A stretch of 34,644 bases of DNA, from IMG/VR virus record IMGVR_UViG_3300035698_029396, positions 1 to 34,644 of that record, one strand, 5' to 3'. Positions 24,007 to 32,091 of this stretch are shown in pieces (within the stretch, counting starts at the first letter, position 1; each line of letters opens with the position of its first letter). The position numbers and the translations under genes are program-made. The notes under the pieces are model-generated. The model saw only the letters and a list, made by a program, of their open reading frames with translations, made no database searches and was not told where the DNA came from. The DNA is from a virus.

Positions 24007-25749
24007 TTAAGAAATTAAATAACTACCACTTATATTTACCTGAGTATTGTTGGCAAAGTTTGCATCGGTTAATGCATTGTTAGCGCCTGTGGCTGATGAA
24101 ACTTGCTGAAATAAAACACGGCCATCAGTAAACAATATTGTTTGAAGTTGACTAGTACTTGTATACGTAAGGTTTATAAACCTTATAGAAGTAGGTGCTA
24201 CAAAAGATGCAAGTGGCAATCCAACAAGGTTAACTTCAGCGGGACCTGTAGCCGTTCCTTTACTTGTTAAGGTTATGCGAACTACAAAAGTTACTACATT
24301 GCCTATACGACTATAAGCACTTTCTTGGCTGCTGTAAGTAATACCTGTTGAAGATCCAGAAAAAGATAATGTTGGTGTAAATGAAGTAGTATTAACAAAG
24401 TTTATTGATCCTAATTGACCTGCATTATCCACAACGACTACTTCTTGCGTTGCATTTGCAGGTGTAACATTGTATATGCCAGCAATAAATGTCGTATCTT
24501 GTTGTCCCGCTCCGGTACCCTGTGTACCAAGACGAATCCTATTATTATCACCAGCAATACCCACATTACGAATCATGACATTATCGCTATCAGATCCTGT
24601 TAACGCTGATCCACTATTATAGCCAAAACAACTGTTATAAGACCCTGTAGTTGCATTCGTTAAACCACTGGTTCCAACTACTGTATTGTATGTAGCATTG
24701 GTTAATGCATCCGAGCTATTGTATCCAACTGAAACGTTAAAATCTGCACCAGAAGCATTTAAATTAAGTAATGCATTTTGTCCTACGGCAACTGTTCTAT
24801 CGGTATCTTGAGCAACAAATAAAGCTTGTCTACCAAATGCTATATTACCAATACCTGTAGTAAGTGACGCAGCAGCTCCATGGCCAACTGCTGAATTTGA
24901 ATTACCAGACGATATATTTACAAGAGCAGAACTTCCAATTGCCTGGTTTAACGTTCCTGTAGCACTTAAATTACCTGCATTTAGTCCAACAAAAATATTG
25001 GAAGATGCATTCTTTGTGATTATTCTATCACCACCAAAATTAATAACTCCTTCAGTTCCAGCGCCATTAGAGTCGGGTAAATTAAGATTACCTGCATCGA
25101 TAGTTACATCACCAGTAGTTACCGTAAGCCCTGTGCCTGCCGTTATAGTGGTCCCTGCATCTAAGAAACCAGTTAGAGTAACATCATCATTAAGGTTTAT
25201 TATTATTGTATCTGATGGTGGAGGGAAATCTGCAGTTGTATTAATGTTTGAACCACCAATTACACTCACTTGATCAGATGCATTTGGAGTTGCAGTTCCT
25301 GAATCTGTTGGGAAGGTTAATCCTGTACTTGCAGCAGATACTGTAAGATCAAGACTGTTTGATCCTGGTGTAAAAGAAACACTACTATCAGTAGAAGTTA
25401 AAGAAGCCCATGCAGCATTTCCAGAACTGTTTCCAATAATAAGTTGCCCATTAGTAGATGCAACGTTTCCTACCAAAAAGTTACCCGAAATAATATTTAC
25501 ATTATTTATTAAGGTAATTTCTCCTGTGCCATTTGGCTGGAGAACTATATCTCCATTAATTCCAGGATCAATGGCAAAGTTGGAAGTTCCTTCATCAGGA
25601 ATTGCTCCTGGGGTAGGAAGCGAATTAATATTAAACGTTGATGTGCTAACATCAAATCCCATTGCAAGAGATTCACCACTATCTGTTTCTAGATATACAT
25701 AGGTATCAAGGTCCACACCTGTTGTTCTAAAGCCAATTTGTCTGGTCAT
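24007..25749 (-). CDS. Long tail fibre protein
   Basis: 580 aa, Gly/Ser/Thr/Asn-rich and repetitive. Contains NGQLIIGNSSGNAAWASLTS and the C-terminal SFTPTLSFSG...YSRIGNVVTFVVRITL domain shared with paralogs 1-3. It lacks the shared N-terminal module. Confidence 0.7.
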   Translation of the reverse strand: MTRQIGFRTTGVDLDTYVYLETDSGESLAMGFDVSTSTFNINSLPTPGAIPDEGTSNFAIDPGINGDIVLQPNGTGEITLINNVNIISGNFLVGNVASTNGQLIIGNSSGNAAWASLTSTDSSVSFTPGSNSLDLTVSAASTGLTFPTDSGTATPNASDQVSVIGGSNINTTADFPPPSDTIIINLNDDVTLTGFLDAGTTITAGTGLTVTTGDVTIDAGNLNLPDSNGAGTEGVINFGGDRIITKNASSNIFVGLNAGNLSATGTLNQAIGSSALVNISSGNSNSAVGHGAAASLTTGIGNIAFGRQALFVAQDTDRTVAVGQNALLNLNASGADFNVSVGYNSSDALTNATYNTVVGTSGLTNATTGSYNSCFGYNSGSALTGSDSDNVMIRNVGIAGDNNRIRLGTQGTGAGQQDTTFIAGIYNVTPANATQEVVVVDNAGQLGSINFVNTTSFTPTLSFSGSSTGITYSSQESAYSRIGNVVTFVVRITLTSKGTATGPAEVNLVGLPLASFVAPTSIRFINLTYTSTSQLQTILFTDGRVLFQQVSSATGANNALTDANFANNTQVNISGSYLIS

Positions 25750-25758
25750 ACTATACTC

Positions 25759-26268
25759 CTAAATAATGGTAAATGAGCCAACCCAGTTTATATTTGTAGC
25801 TGCTACTCCTACTACAAAAACCTGCACATCGTTTCCAGAAACTTGAGCAAAGAAATTTGGATTACCGCCCATGTCTTCGGTAAAAAATATATTAGGAGAT
25901 CCTACAATAACGGCAGGGTTAACTCCTTCTTTGCGTGCTACAATATCTATGGTACCTCCAAGAGCTCCTGACAAATCATCTGTTCCAGCTATAATACGGC
26001 CTTGAATTAACAGAGCATTGTCATCCGTCAGAGTGGTAGAATATAACAATGTGGGTGTTGCATCTATTGTAAAAACAGAAACTTGAGATGTGCCTGCGAG
26101 ATTAAGAGTAATAGTGCTGGTCCCTGGATTGCCTACAGTGTCTATACCAATACCACCTAAAATATTTATATTGTCAGCAGTAGGAAATACAGCTCCGCCA
26201 GTATTACCTGTTAATGATTGCACTCCTGTTGCTGAGCTTCCATCATCAAAAAAAACAAGTTGAGACAT
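25759..26268 (-). CDS. Fibre-associated structural protein
   Basis: 169 aa. The Gly/Thr/Asn-rich beta-type sequence (NINILGGIGIDTVGNPGTSTITLNL) resembles the fibre shaft repeats. Confidence 0.5.
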   Translation of the reverse strand: MSQLVFFDDGSSATGVQSLTGNTGGAVFPTADNINILGGIGIDTVGNPGTSTITLNLAGTSQVSVFTIDATPTLLYSTTLTDDNALLIQGRIIAGTDDLSGALGGTIDIVARKEGVNPAVIVGSPNIFFTEDMGGNPNFFAQVSGNDVQVFVVGVAATNINWVGSFTII

Positions 26269-26271
26269 AAT

Positions 26272-26613
26272 TTATCCTATATTTCTGTACCATGAGGCTA
26301 CATAGATAGCACCTGTTGTAGGCGCGCCAGTTAATTGTCTTACATAAACACGGGTCCCACTTGGCAATGACAACGAGTCTCCTTTTCCTTTATTTGAAGA
26401 AAAGTCTCTTATTGATGCTCCTACTTGTAAGGGAAAGTGGTCTGTCACTCCATCTAATGAGATTTGAAGAGGCACATCGGTAAAATTATACATTTCAAAT
26501 AATACTGATGGATTTTCTAAAAAAGTTCCTATTCCCATATAAGATGCACTAATACTAGAAAAATCTAATGATCTTTGCTGTTCTGGCCAAATTTGTATGG
26601 CGATACTGCTCAT
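26272..26613 (-). CDS. Hypothetical protein, first gene of the fibre operon
   Basis: The ORF is open to 26742 through a TTG start. The ATG at 26613 (MSSIAIQIWPEQQ) follows AAAGGA and leaves a sensible divergent promoter region. Confidence 0.45.
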   Translation of the reverse strand: MSSIAIQIWPEQQRSLDFSSISASYMGIGTFLENPSVLFEMYNFTDVPLQISLDGVTDHFPLQVGASIRDFSSNKGKGDSLSLPSGTRVYVRQLTGAPTTGAIYVASWYRNIG

Positions 26614-26682
26614 TTTTTTCCTTTTTTCATATTTTTTATCTTTCTTTTTATAAGTTACTTCATTTAAAGCAGCGCTATCTAC

Positions 26683-26714
26683 ACTTTGCAAAGTTCTTTG
26701 TTTTATTTTATTGT
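26683..26714. promoter_or_regulatory. 12-bp perfect palindrome ACTTTGCAAAGT that provides TTGCAA -35 boxes on both strands; candidate rightward promoter TTGCAA-17-TATTGT
   Basis: Palindrome at 26683-26694. Rightward -35 box at 26686-26691, 17-nt spacer, -10 box TATTGT at 26709-26714. It lies about 35 nt upstream of the AAGGAG ribosome-binding site of the 26752 gene. Confidence 0.35.
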
Positions 26715-26751
26715 GGGTCATCTTATAACGGATAAAAAGCAAGGAGTCAGA

Positions 26752-26961
26752 ATGGTTTTAGATATTATTTTATTAGTGTCAGTAGAATTAACTGCATTAA
26801 ATAAAATCTATAAAGAAGCACTAGAGCAAGAAATGGATATAGAAAGTTATATAAGTTTAATTGTTAAGGAAAAGCTATATGGAACAGGAAATTCTCAAGC
26901 ATTTATTGGAACTCAAAGCCTTCATTATGGAAAATCAGTACAAGGAGCCATTGAGAAGTAA
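26752..26961 (+). CDS. Putative ribbon-helix-helix (Arc/CopG-like) regulator
   Basis: The ATG is preceded by the strong ribosome-binding site AAGGAG. MVLDIILLVSVELTALNKIYKEALEQEMDIESYISLIVKEKL has a strand/helix/helix pattern. Confidence 0.4.
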   Translation: MVLDIILLVSVELTALNKIYKEALEQEMDIESYISLIVKEKLYGTGNSQAFIGTQSLHYGKSVQGAIEK

Positions 26962-27604
26962 AGAACTCAATGAACTTTTTGCTGCACTTTCTAAAGCACA
27001 AGGAAATTTTCCTTCATTAGAGCCAAATAGAGAGAATTCCTACTATAAAAGGTTATATGGAGATTGGGATCTTATCTGTACTGCCTTAAGGCCTGTTTTA
27101 TCTGAACATGATTTAACATTAATTCAGGATTTAAGAGTCGAAGATGATGGGTCGACTGCCCTGTATACAATTTTAGGACATTCTAGTGGTCAATATATAC
27201 AATCAAAAGTACGTATAAACGCTCCTAAAAACGATCTTCAATCCTTTGGGTCTGCATTGCTTACCTTAAAAAGATATGCGGGAATGTCTCTATTAGGTGT
27301 AACGGTAGCAATGGATCAAGATGACGATGATGCAGAAGTAACTATGTCTGAAGTACGGGGTATTAAAAAGAGCGGCACAAAGCCAAGTCTCGCATATGAT
27401 CCTAAAAAAAGATCTTATGAAAAAATATCCAAAGATCAGGTAGAAGAGCTTAACTATGTGTGCGGTGATTATCCTGACTTAGTACAGCAAATATATGATG
27501 ATTATCGTATATCTTCTCTTTCGGAAATGCCAAAAGAAGATTTTTTCTCCTCTGTTGATAGGCTTAGAGAAATTATTGCTCTTCGTAAAGGCTTAAAGAA
27601 ATAA
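26927..27604 (+). CDS. erf: ERF-family single-strand annealing protein (paralog 1)
   Basis: LNELFAALSKAQGNF..., YKRLYGDWDLICTALRPVLSEHDLTL, ILGHSSGQY, LKRYAGMSLLGV and DQDDDDAE follow the ERF (P22 Erf) family pattern. The start is uncertain (26879 or 26927). Confidence 0.7.
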   Translation: MENQYKEPLRSKELNELFAALSKAQGNFPSLEPNRENSYYKRLYGDWDLICTALRPVLSEHDLTLIQDLRVEDDGSTALYTILGHSSGQYIQSKVRINAPKNDLQSFGSALLTLKRYAGMSLLGVTVAMDQDDDDAEVTMSEVRGIKKSGTKPSLAYDPKKRSYEKISKDQVEELNYVCGDYPDLVQQIYDDYRISSLSEMPKEDFFSSVDRLREIIALRKGLKK

Positions 27605-27606
27605 AA

Positions 27607-27632
27607 ATCGCGCTACCCAAAAGCAGCGCGAT
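27607..27632. terminator. Bidirectional intrinsic terminator between convergent genes
   Basis: 8-bp stem ATCGCGCT (27607-27614) / AGCGCGAT (27625-27632) with a 10-nt loop. It is flanked by A-rich sequence on the plus strand on both sides, which gives a T-run for the minus-strand transcript. Confidence 0.55.
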
Positions 27633-27679
27633 CAATAAAAAAAGGGAGTGAAGCTCTCAACTAACTAAGCATATGTATG

Positions 27680-27979
27680 TTACTTATTTGTGAGTTCATT
27701 TTGCAAGCTTGGTGTGTAATCTTTATGATTAAATATGATTTCAGCAAGCTTTTCGTCAGCAAGTGGAATAGATTCTACACCTTCTTGCGCAAGTTTTGGT
27801 TTCCACTCTCTAAAAAGTTTAATTGCACATTCTTGAAGTTGTTTTCCAAGAGCCCATTTTTTTACATCATGTACATATGGTTCTACTTTTTCGGGAGACA
27901 TAACATGAGCTAAAAGCTTTTGTTGAGCTTCTGACAAATTAAATACTTCTTTATCATTTAACATACATTTCATACGCAT
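27680..27979 (-). CDS. Hypothetical protein
   Basis: 99-aa ORF with an AGGAAT-type ribosome-binding site, convergent with erf paralog 1. Confidence 0.5.
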   Translation of the reverse strand: MRMKCMLNDKEVFNLSEAQQKLLAHVMSPEKVEPYVHDVKKWALGKQLQECAIKLFREWKPKLAQEGVESIPLADEKLAEIIFNHKDYTPSLQNELTNK

Positions 27980-27990
27980 ATTCCTCTTTT

Positions 27991-28019
27991 TTGATTAATA
28001 ATATTTTTATTAATATAAA
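27991..28019 (+). promoter_or_regulatory. Candidate sigma70-type promoter TTGATT-17-TATAAA, overlapping the inverted repeat ATTAATAA/TTATTAAT
   Basis: Read directly from the sequence. It lies about 90 nt upstream of the 28111 gene. The AT-rich context makes chance matches likely. Confidence 0.25.
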
Positions 28020-28110
28020 CACACCTATGAGTTGTATTCAACTTTTCTTTATTATCTTTTTTCTTCAAGGTGTTTCGTGATAGTATTTTAAAAAATACAA
28101 AGGAGAAAGT

Positions 28111-28686
28111 ATGTCATTTTTAAGAGGAACCCCAGGAAGATTTGAACAGCAACCTAGATTTAATCCACAAGTAACCAGGATTTTGGAACAACTTGCCCCT
28201 CTGGGATTACAACAGATTCAGCAAGGTCAACAGATGGCAAATCCTCAAGCGTTAGAAGATAGAGCGCGGCAACAATTTAGTGAACAAACATTGCCAGGAT
28301 TATTTGAACGATTTACCAGCATGGGACAAGGAGCTCAAAGTTCTGGAGCTTTTCAAGGTATGCAAGCACGAGGAGCTGCAGACTTGGAAGGTAATTTAGC
28401 AGCATTACGCGCACAACTTGGTATGCAAAATCAGCAGCTAGGACAAGGCTTGCTTGGTATGGGATTTACTCCTCAATTTGAGTCATTGTATCGTCCGCGT
28501 GAAGCTGGTGGTGTAGAGGCTATGCTTCCACAACTTATTCAAACCGCTGGAAGAATTGGAGGAGCTTACTTAACATCGGGTGCTTCTGAAATTCCACAGA
28601 TTGCAAGCAGTGTGGCTGGCGGAGGCGGCATTGGAGAATATTTTAAACCAATTTCTGATTTGTATAATTCATTATTTGGTAATTAA
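28111..28686 (+). CDS. Gln/Gly-rich protein; putative internal virion or ejection (pilot-like) protein
   Basis: 191 aa with a strong AAAGGAGAAAG ribosome-binding site and low-complexity Q/G/A-rich composition. Function is inferred from composition only. Confidence 0.35.
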   Translation: MSFLRGTPGRFEQQPRFNPQVTRILEQLAPLGLQQIQQGQQMANPQALEDRARQQFSEQTLPGLFERFTSMGQGAQSSGAFQGMQARGAADLEGNLAALRAQLGMQNQQLGQGLLGMGFTPQFESLYRPREAGGVEAMLPQLIQTAGRIGGAYLTSGASEIPQIASSVAGGGGIGEYFKPISDLYNSLFGN

Positions 28687-28695
28687 GGATAATAA

Positions 28696-30774
28696 ATGGC
28701 TATACAAATATTTCCACGTGAAGGCTCTTTTGGGCAAACGCTTGGATCTGGAATAGGTCAAGGTATAAGTGCTTTAGGGGATCAGTACGTTCAAAAAAAA
28801 CAAAGTGAGCGTGATTTACTCAGAGCATTATTGCCTATTATTGCTCAGCAAGGTTTTGCTCAACAGAACTTACAGCAAAAGCAGCTTGGACAACAACAAC
28901 AGCAAGAAGAAGAGCTGCAAGGTCAAATACAGATGCTTCAAAGTGCTGGAATAAGTAAAAAAGGCATTGACCAATATGTTATGGGAAGCCCTGATATCAG
29001 AAGAAAAATGATGGGAAATTTAATCAGTAAGCAGGGAAACTTGATGGATACGCCTTATCTTAGTCGTATGCGTGATTCTCCTACTGAACGATTTATGCAA
29101 CAAAGGGAAGCGGAACAATCAGTTGCACAACAGCCGTTTTCTGAAATCAAATCAGCTCTTCAGGTTCTTGAAGAAGAGCGTTTACAAAATATGAGCCAAG
29201 AAAATTATGTGTATAAAAAAGCGCAACAACAAGGTGCGCCTATGCAGCAACAGCAACAGCCTGAAGTCCCTTTTGAGCAATCACCATTTGGAACAAAGGT
29301 TCCCGAAGGACCTTTAACGCCATCTCAGCAAGTGTCATATGCAATACTTAATGACCCTAATTCTACCGCTGAAGAAAAACAAGGAGCACGTCGCGCATTA
29401 ACTAAAGAAATGCCAAGTGAATATAGCTTGAGTGGCCTTCTAGGAAGCTTAGTAAGTGGTGCTGCACAAGGTGTTGGCCATCTTGGTTCTGCTATAAACA
29501 CGTTGGATAAAGTTACCGACAGCTATTTTGGCCATCCTGTGGCCCATCAACAACCAGGCCAGGTAGATAGAGCCGAAAAAATGTCTGACCATTTCGAAAA
29601 AGCAATGGAAAAAGCGGAACCAGGCTCTCCTGAATATGAAAATGCACGTAAAAGAAAAGAAGCGGCGGATGCACTTATTAAAAGATCAGAAGATGATCCG
29701 AAAGCTGCTACACTGAGCCTCCCTAATGCTGCTGAAGTAATGGAGAATGCTGTGAGACCTTTAGCAAAAAAACTGGGCGCTGAAGGGAAACTTGATTCAA
29801 GGAATGGCCTTGAAGAGATTGTGACCGAAGTAGGTAAAGCATTACCTGTAGGATTAGGGTTTATTGCAGCAGGGGGTCCTGTTGCCTATTCTTTACTGGC
29901 GCCTGTTTTTCCTGAAACAGCTGGAGTGCTATCTAAAAAAATTGCTGATAAAGTTTTTAATGCATCTGAAGACACGCAAGATAAAATTGGGGCAACCTTC
30001 TCAATTGGAGCCTATCTTGCGCAGCCATTTATGCTGGGTGGCCTACGTAAAATTATGGGAAGACAGTATAATAATTGGGACAAAGCTCTTGCATCTCATC
30101 CAAACGCTAAGACGGATGGAACTAAGTTACGTAGTTCATTATTAGATATGGAAAAAGAATTTACTAAAGATCTTGATACTCAAAGCAAAGGGTATGATTT
30201 CCTTAATAAAAGAATACGCGGAGTTATAGAAAAAATTGATCGAAAAACAGGAGAGGTCTCACCAAAATCCCTGTCGCATTTAGACAAGCAGTATAATAGC
30301 ATGTATAAAGAGGCTCAGAAATTTGGATCAGAAATAGGAAACAGATTCTCAGATTTAAGAAATGTAGTACGTGATACCTATCAAGCATGGGGCATGAAAA
30401 CAGTTCCTGATGCAACTAAAGGACTTATAGCAGGGCGATCTTTATTTGCTAGTATGGAATCTAGCTCTAAGGTTGGAGATTTTATTAGAGATGCAGGACA
30501 GACCAGAGTTCCAGTGGTTGGTGGCAAAGGAGTATACCTGTTAAGAGCATTAGCAAAACCAGTGGCACGAGCAATTGATTGGATAGATATTCTTAGAAAG
30601 AATCCTAATATGCAAAAAGCTTTTGGTGAACTATTTCTTGAGGCAGGAAAAGGACAGGGTATTAATATGAGTCGCCATGCAAATAGAGTTATGGATATAC
30701 TTCAAAAAGAAGACCCTAAAGCATACAAACGCATTACTCACATAGGGCTTAATAGGGGTATAAAAAAGGGTTAA
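28696..30774 (+). CDS. Large Gln-rich protein; putative internal virion or ejection protein
   Basis: 692 aa. Q-rich N-terminal third, then a Gly/Ala hydrophobic segment (LPVGLGFIAAGGPVAYSLLAPVF). No enzymatic motif recognised. Confidence 0.35.
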   Translation: MAIQIFPREGSFGQTLGSGIGQGISALGDQYVQKKQSERDLLRALLPIIAQQGFAQQNLQQKQLGQQQQQEEELQGQIQMLQSAGISKKGIDQYVMGSPDIRRKMMGNLISKQGNLMDTPYLSRMRDSPTERFMQQREAEQSVAQQPFSEIKSALQVLEEERLQNMSQENYVYKKAQQQGAPMQQQQQPEVPFEQSPFGTKVPEGPLTPSQQVSYAILNDPNSTAEEKQGARRALTKEMPSEYSLSGLLGSLVSGAAQGVGHLGSAINTLDKVTDSYFGHPVAHQQPGQVDRAEKMSDHFEKAMEKAEPGSPEYENARKRKEAADALIKRSEDDPKAATLSLPNAAEVMENAVRPLAKKLGAEGKLDSRNGLEEIVTEVGKALPVGLGFIAAGGPVAYSLLAPVFPETAGVLSKKIADKVFNASEDTQDKIGATFSIGAYLAQPFMLGGLRKIMGRQYNNWDKALASHPNAKTDGTKLRSSLLDMEKEFTKDLDTQSKGYDFLNKRIRGVIEKIDRKTGEVSPKSLSHLDKQYNSMYKEAQKFGSEIGNRFSDLRNVVRDTYQAWGMKTVPDATKGLIAGRSLFASMESSSKVGDFIRDAGQTRVPVVGGKGVYLLRALAKPVARAIDWIDILRKNPNMQKAFGELFLEAGKGQGINMSRHANRVMDILQKEDPKAYKRITHIGLNRGIKKG

Positions 30775-30777
30775 TTA

Positions 30778-30948
30778 TTAGTTTGATAGTTGTTTGAACG
30801 GCCAACACAGAATTTCTTTTATAAGAATGCCTGTAACCACAAAAGCAGCTAATACTAAACCTATAAGATACATAGCAAAATAGGCTAATAAAGAAAATAT
30901 ACCAGTGACGAGTTCTATAAGAATGCAGCAAAGAATTAATGTTACCAT
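30778..30948 (-). CDS. Small two-TM membrane protein (56 aa, below the ORF-track cutoff); holin-like candidate
   Basis: Hand translation: MVTLILCCILIELVTGIFSLLAYFAMYLIGLVLAAFVVTGILIKEILCWPFKQLSN*. An AGAGG ribosome-binding site lies 6-7 nt upstream. The ORF-track ORF at 30749..30931 is in a different frame on the same strand. Confidence 0.4.
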   Translation of the reverse strand: MVTLILCCILIELVTGIFSLLAYFAMYLIGLVLAAFVVTGILIKEILCWPFKQLSN

Positions 30949-31022
30949 TGTGTTACCTCTATTATTTAGATAGTGTTATATAAGCTTTATGCTTACTGTC
31001 CTTTACGGGATGAGTTATTTTT

Positions 31023-31050
31023 CCCGGGGGTGGCTCACCCCTTCCCCGGG
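31023..31050. other. Isolated GC-rich hairpin in AT-rich intergenic DNA
   Basis: CCCGGGG (31023-31029) pairs with CCCCGGG (31044-31050). An alternative or nested fold is GGGGTG-GCT-CACCCC (31027-31041). No correctly placed T-run follows it on either strand. Confidence 0.5.
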
Positions 31051-31076
31051 TATAGCAGCGTCTTGCCATACTACGC

Positions 31077-31394
31077 CTAAGACGTTTTTAGTAATTTCCA
31101 TACTTCTATAGTATTTTTGCGATATTGTTCTAAGTCTAGAGCAAACAGTTCAGGAATAGCACTATATTCAATGGACCCACGTCGCTCTTCCTTGACCAGC
31201 ATAAATTCACGCACAGTAAGTGTTTTATTATGCGCCATACTTATTAATGCTTTTTTTATTTTAGCCTCTTGCGCTACAAGTTCTTTTCTATTTTGTGAGA
31301 TATCCCACAGTTGTTGAGCTAAGGTATAACAGTCTATAACATGAGACTCGGTTGCTACAAAATTATCAGTAGCTGTATTGTTTGAAACGTACAT
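31077..31394 (-). CDS. Hypothetical protein (leftward early gene)
   Basis: 105-aa ORF with a GGAGAA ribosome-binding site, divergent from the HTH gene. Confidence 0.5.
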   Translation of the reverse strand: MYVSNNTATDNFVATESHVIDCYTLAQQLWDISQNRKELVAQEAKIKKALISMAHNKTLTVREFMLVKEERRGSIEYSAIPELFALDLEQYRKNTIEVWKLLKTS

Positions 31395-31470
31395 GTTTTC
31401 TCCACGATTTGAGTTATTTTATACTTCAATACTACCATAGTTATGTTAAATTGCAAGTTATTGTAATTAG

Positions 31471-31499
31471 TTGACATTTATTGGTATATATCGTATTAT
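31471..31499 (+). promoter_or_regulatory. Near-consensus sigma70 promoter (rightward early promoter)
   Basis: TTGACA (31471-31476), 17-nt spacer, TATTAT (31494-31499). It lies about 28 nt upstream of the ATG at 31527. Confidence 0.6.
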
Positions 31500-31526
31500 T
31501 TAATAGTAAACATTTAAGGATACAAG

Positions 31527-31727
31527 ATGAAAAAAAACATGGATGAATTAAGGCAACGCATATTGAGTATTTGGGAGTATAAATGTTTAAGTAAGCAGCA
31601 TATGGCTGATGAAATAGGCATTACTTATAGTACTTTTGATAACTTTATGGATGGAAAGAGAAAGATAACGATGCCTACCTACATGAAGATACTGGGTTGG
31701 ATTAAAGAGCATGAGGAAATGAACTGA
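31527..31727 (+). CDS. Cro/CI-type (XRE-like) helix-turn-helix regulator
   Basis: 66 aa. LSKQHMADEIGITYSTFDNFMDGKRKIT fits the XRE HTH pattern. First gene behind the early promoter. Confidence 0.6.
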   Translation: MKKNMDELRQRILSIWEYKCLSKQHMADEIGITYSTFDNFMDGKRKITMPTYMKILGWIKEHEEMN

Positions 31728-31749
31728 TGAGTAATGAAAGATAGATAAA

Positions 31750-32091
31750 ATGAATTATAAATTATCAAAATTAATACAAGAACTGTGTCGACATATAATC
31801 TTAAAAGAGCAAATAGCTCTCGCACTACAAAATGTAGTTTTGAGTGATAAGAATACGAGCGCCTGTGTTGGTGATTATGAGACCTTTAATCTTCAAGATA
31901 ATGAAACATTGTGGAAAATAAGGGATAATCATGAAGTTTTTTGGATTGAAAGATTAAAAAAAGTGCATGATAGCATCGATCGTATTCAAGATAAGTTATT
32001 TGAGGAGTTCGATTTATATGTAGATTGCCTTTCACGGTATGAGACTTGGGAAAAGTTGTTTAAGAATGTTGAAAAACATAGAGGAACTTGA
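31750..32091 (+). CDS. Hypothetical protein
   Basis: 113-aa ORF. Its stop overlaps the next start (ATGA-type coupling). Confidence 0.5.
   Translation: MNYKLSKLIQELCRHIILKEQIALALQNVVLSDKNTSACVGDYETFNLQDNETLWKIRDNHEVFWIERLKKVHDSIDRIQDKLFEEFDLYVDCLSRYETWEKLFKNVEKHRGT

Noticed and set aside
19195-25273. Plus-strand ORFs inside the fibre block: 19195-19563, 20074-20256, 20837-21100, 21122-21361, 21770-22033, 22562-22915, 23819-24010, 24415-24603 and 24998-25273.
   Set aside because: All are antisense shadows of long, motif-bearing minus-strand fibre genes. Their Pro/Leu/Ile-rich products are typical of the reverse frames of Gly/Asn/Thr-rich genes.
18497-26613. A diversity-generating retroelement or an invertase-driven shufflon acting on the fibre paralogs.
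   Set aside because: No reverse transcriptase, template/variable repeat pair, invertase or recombinase gene, or inverted crossover sites were seen anywhere in the genome.
26272-26742. The extended 156-aa version of the first fibre-operon gene, using the TTG start at 26742.
   Set aside because: The extension is Lys-rich and low-complexity, lacks a ribosome-binding site, and would cover the palindromic divergent promoter region. The ATG at 26613 with AAAGGA is preferred.
31023-31050. The GC-rich hairpin as an attP core resembling a tRNA 3' end (it shares CCTTCCCGGGG-like bases with the tRNA-Lys T/acceptor arm).
   Set aside because: The similarity covers only ~10 nt, the hairpin loop is not T-loop-like, and no integrase is encoded.
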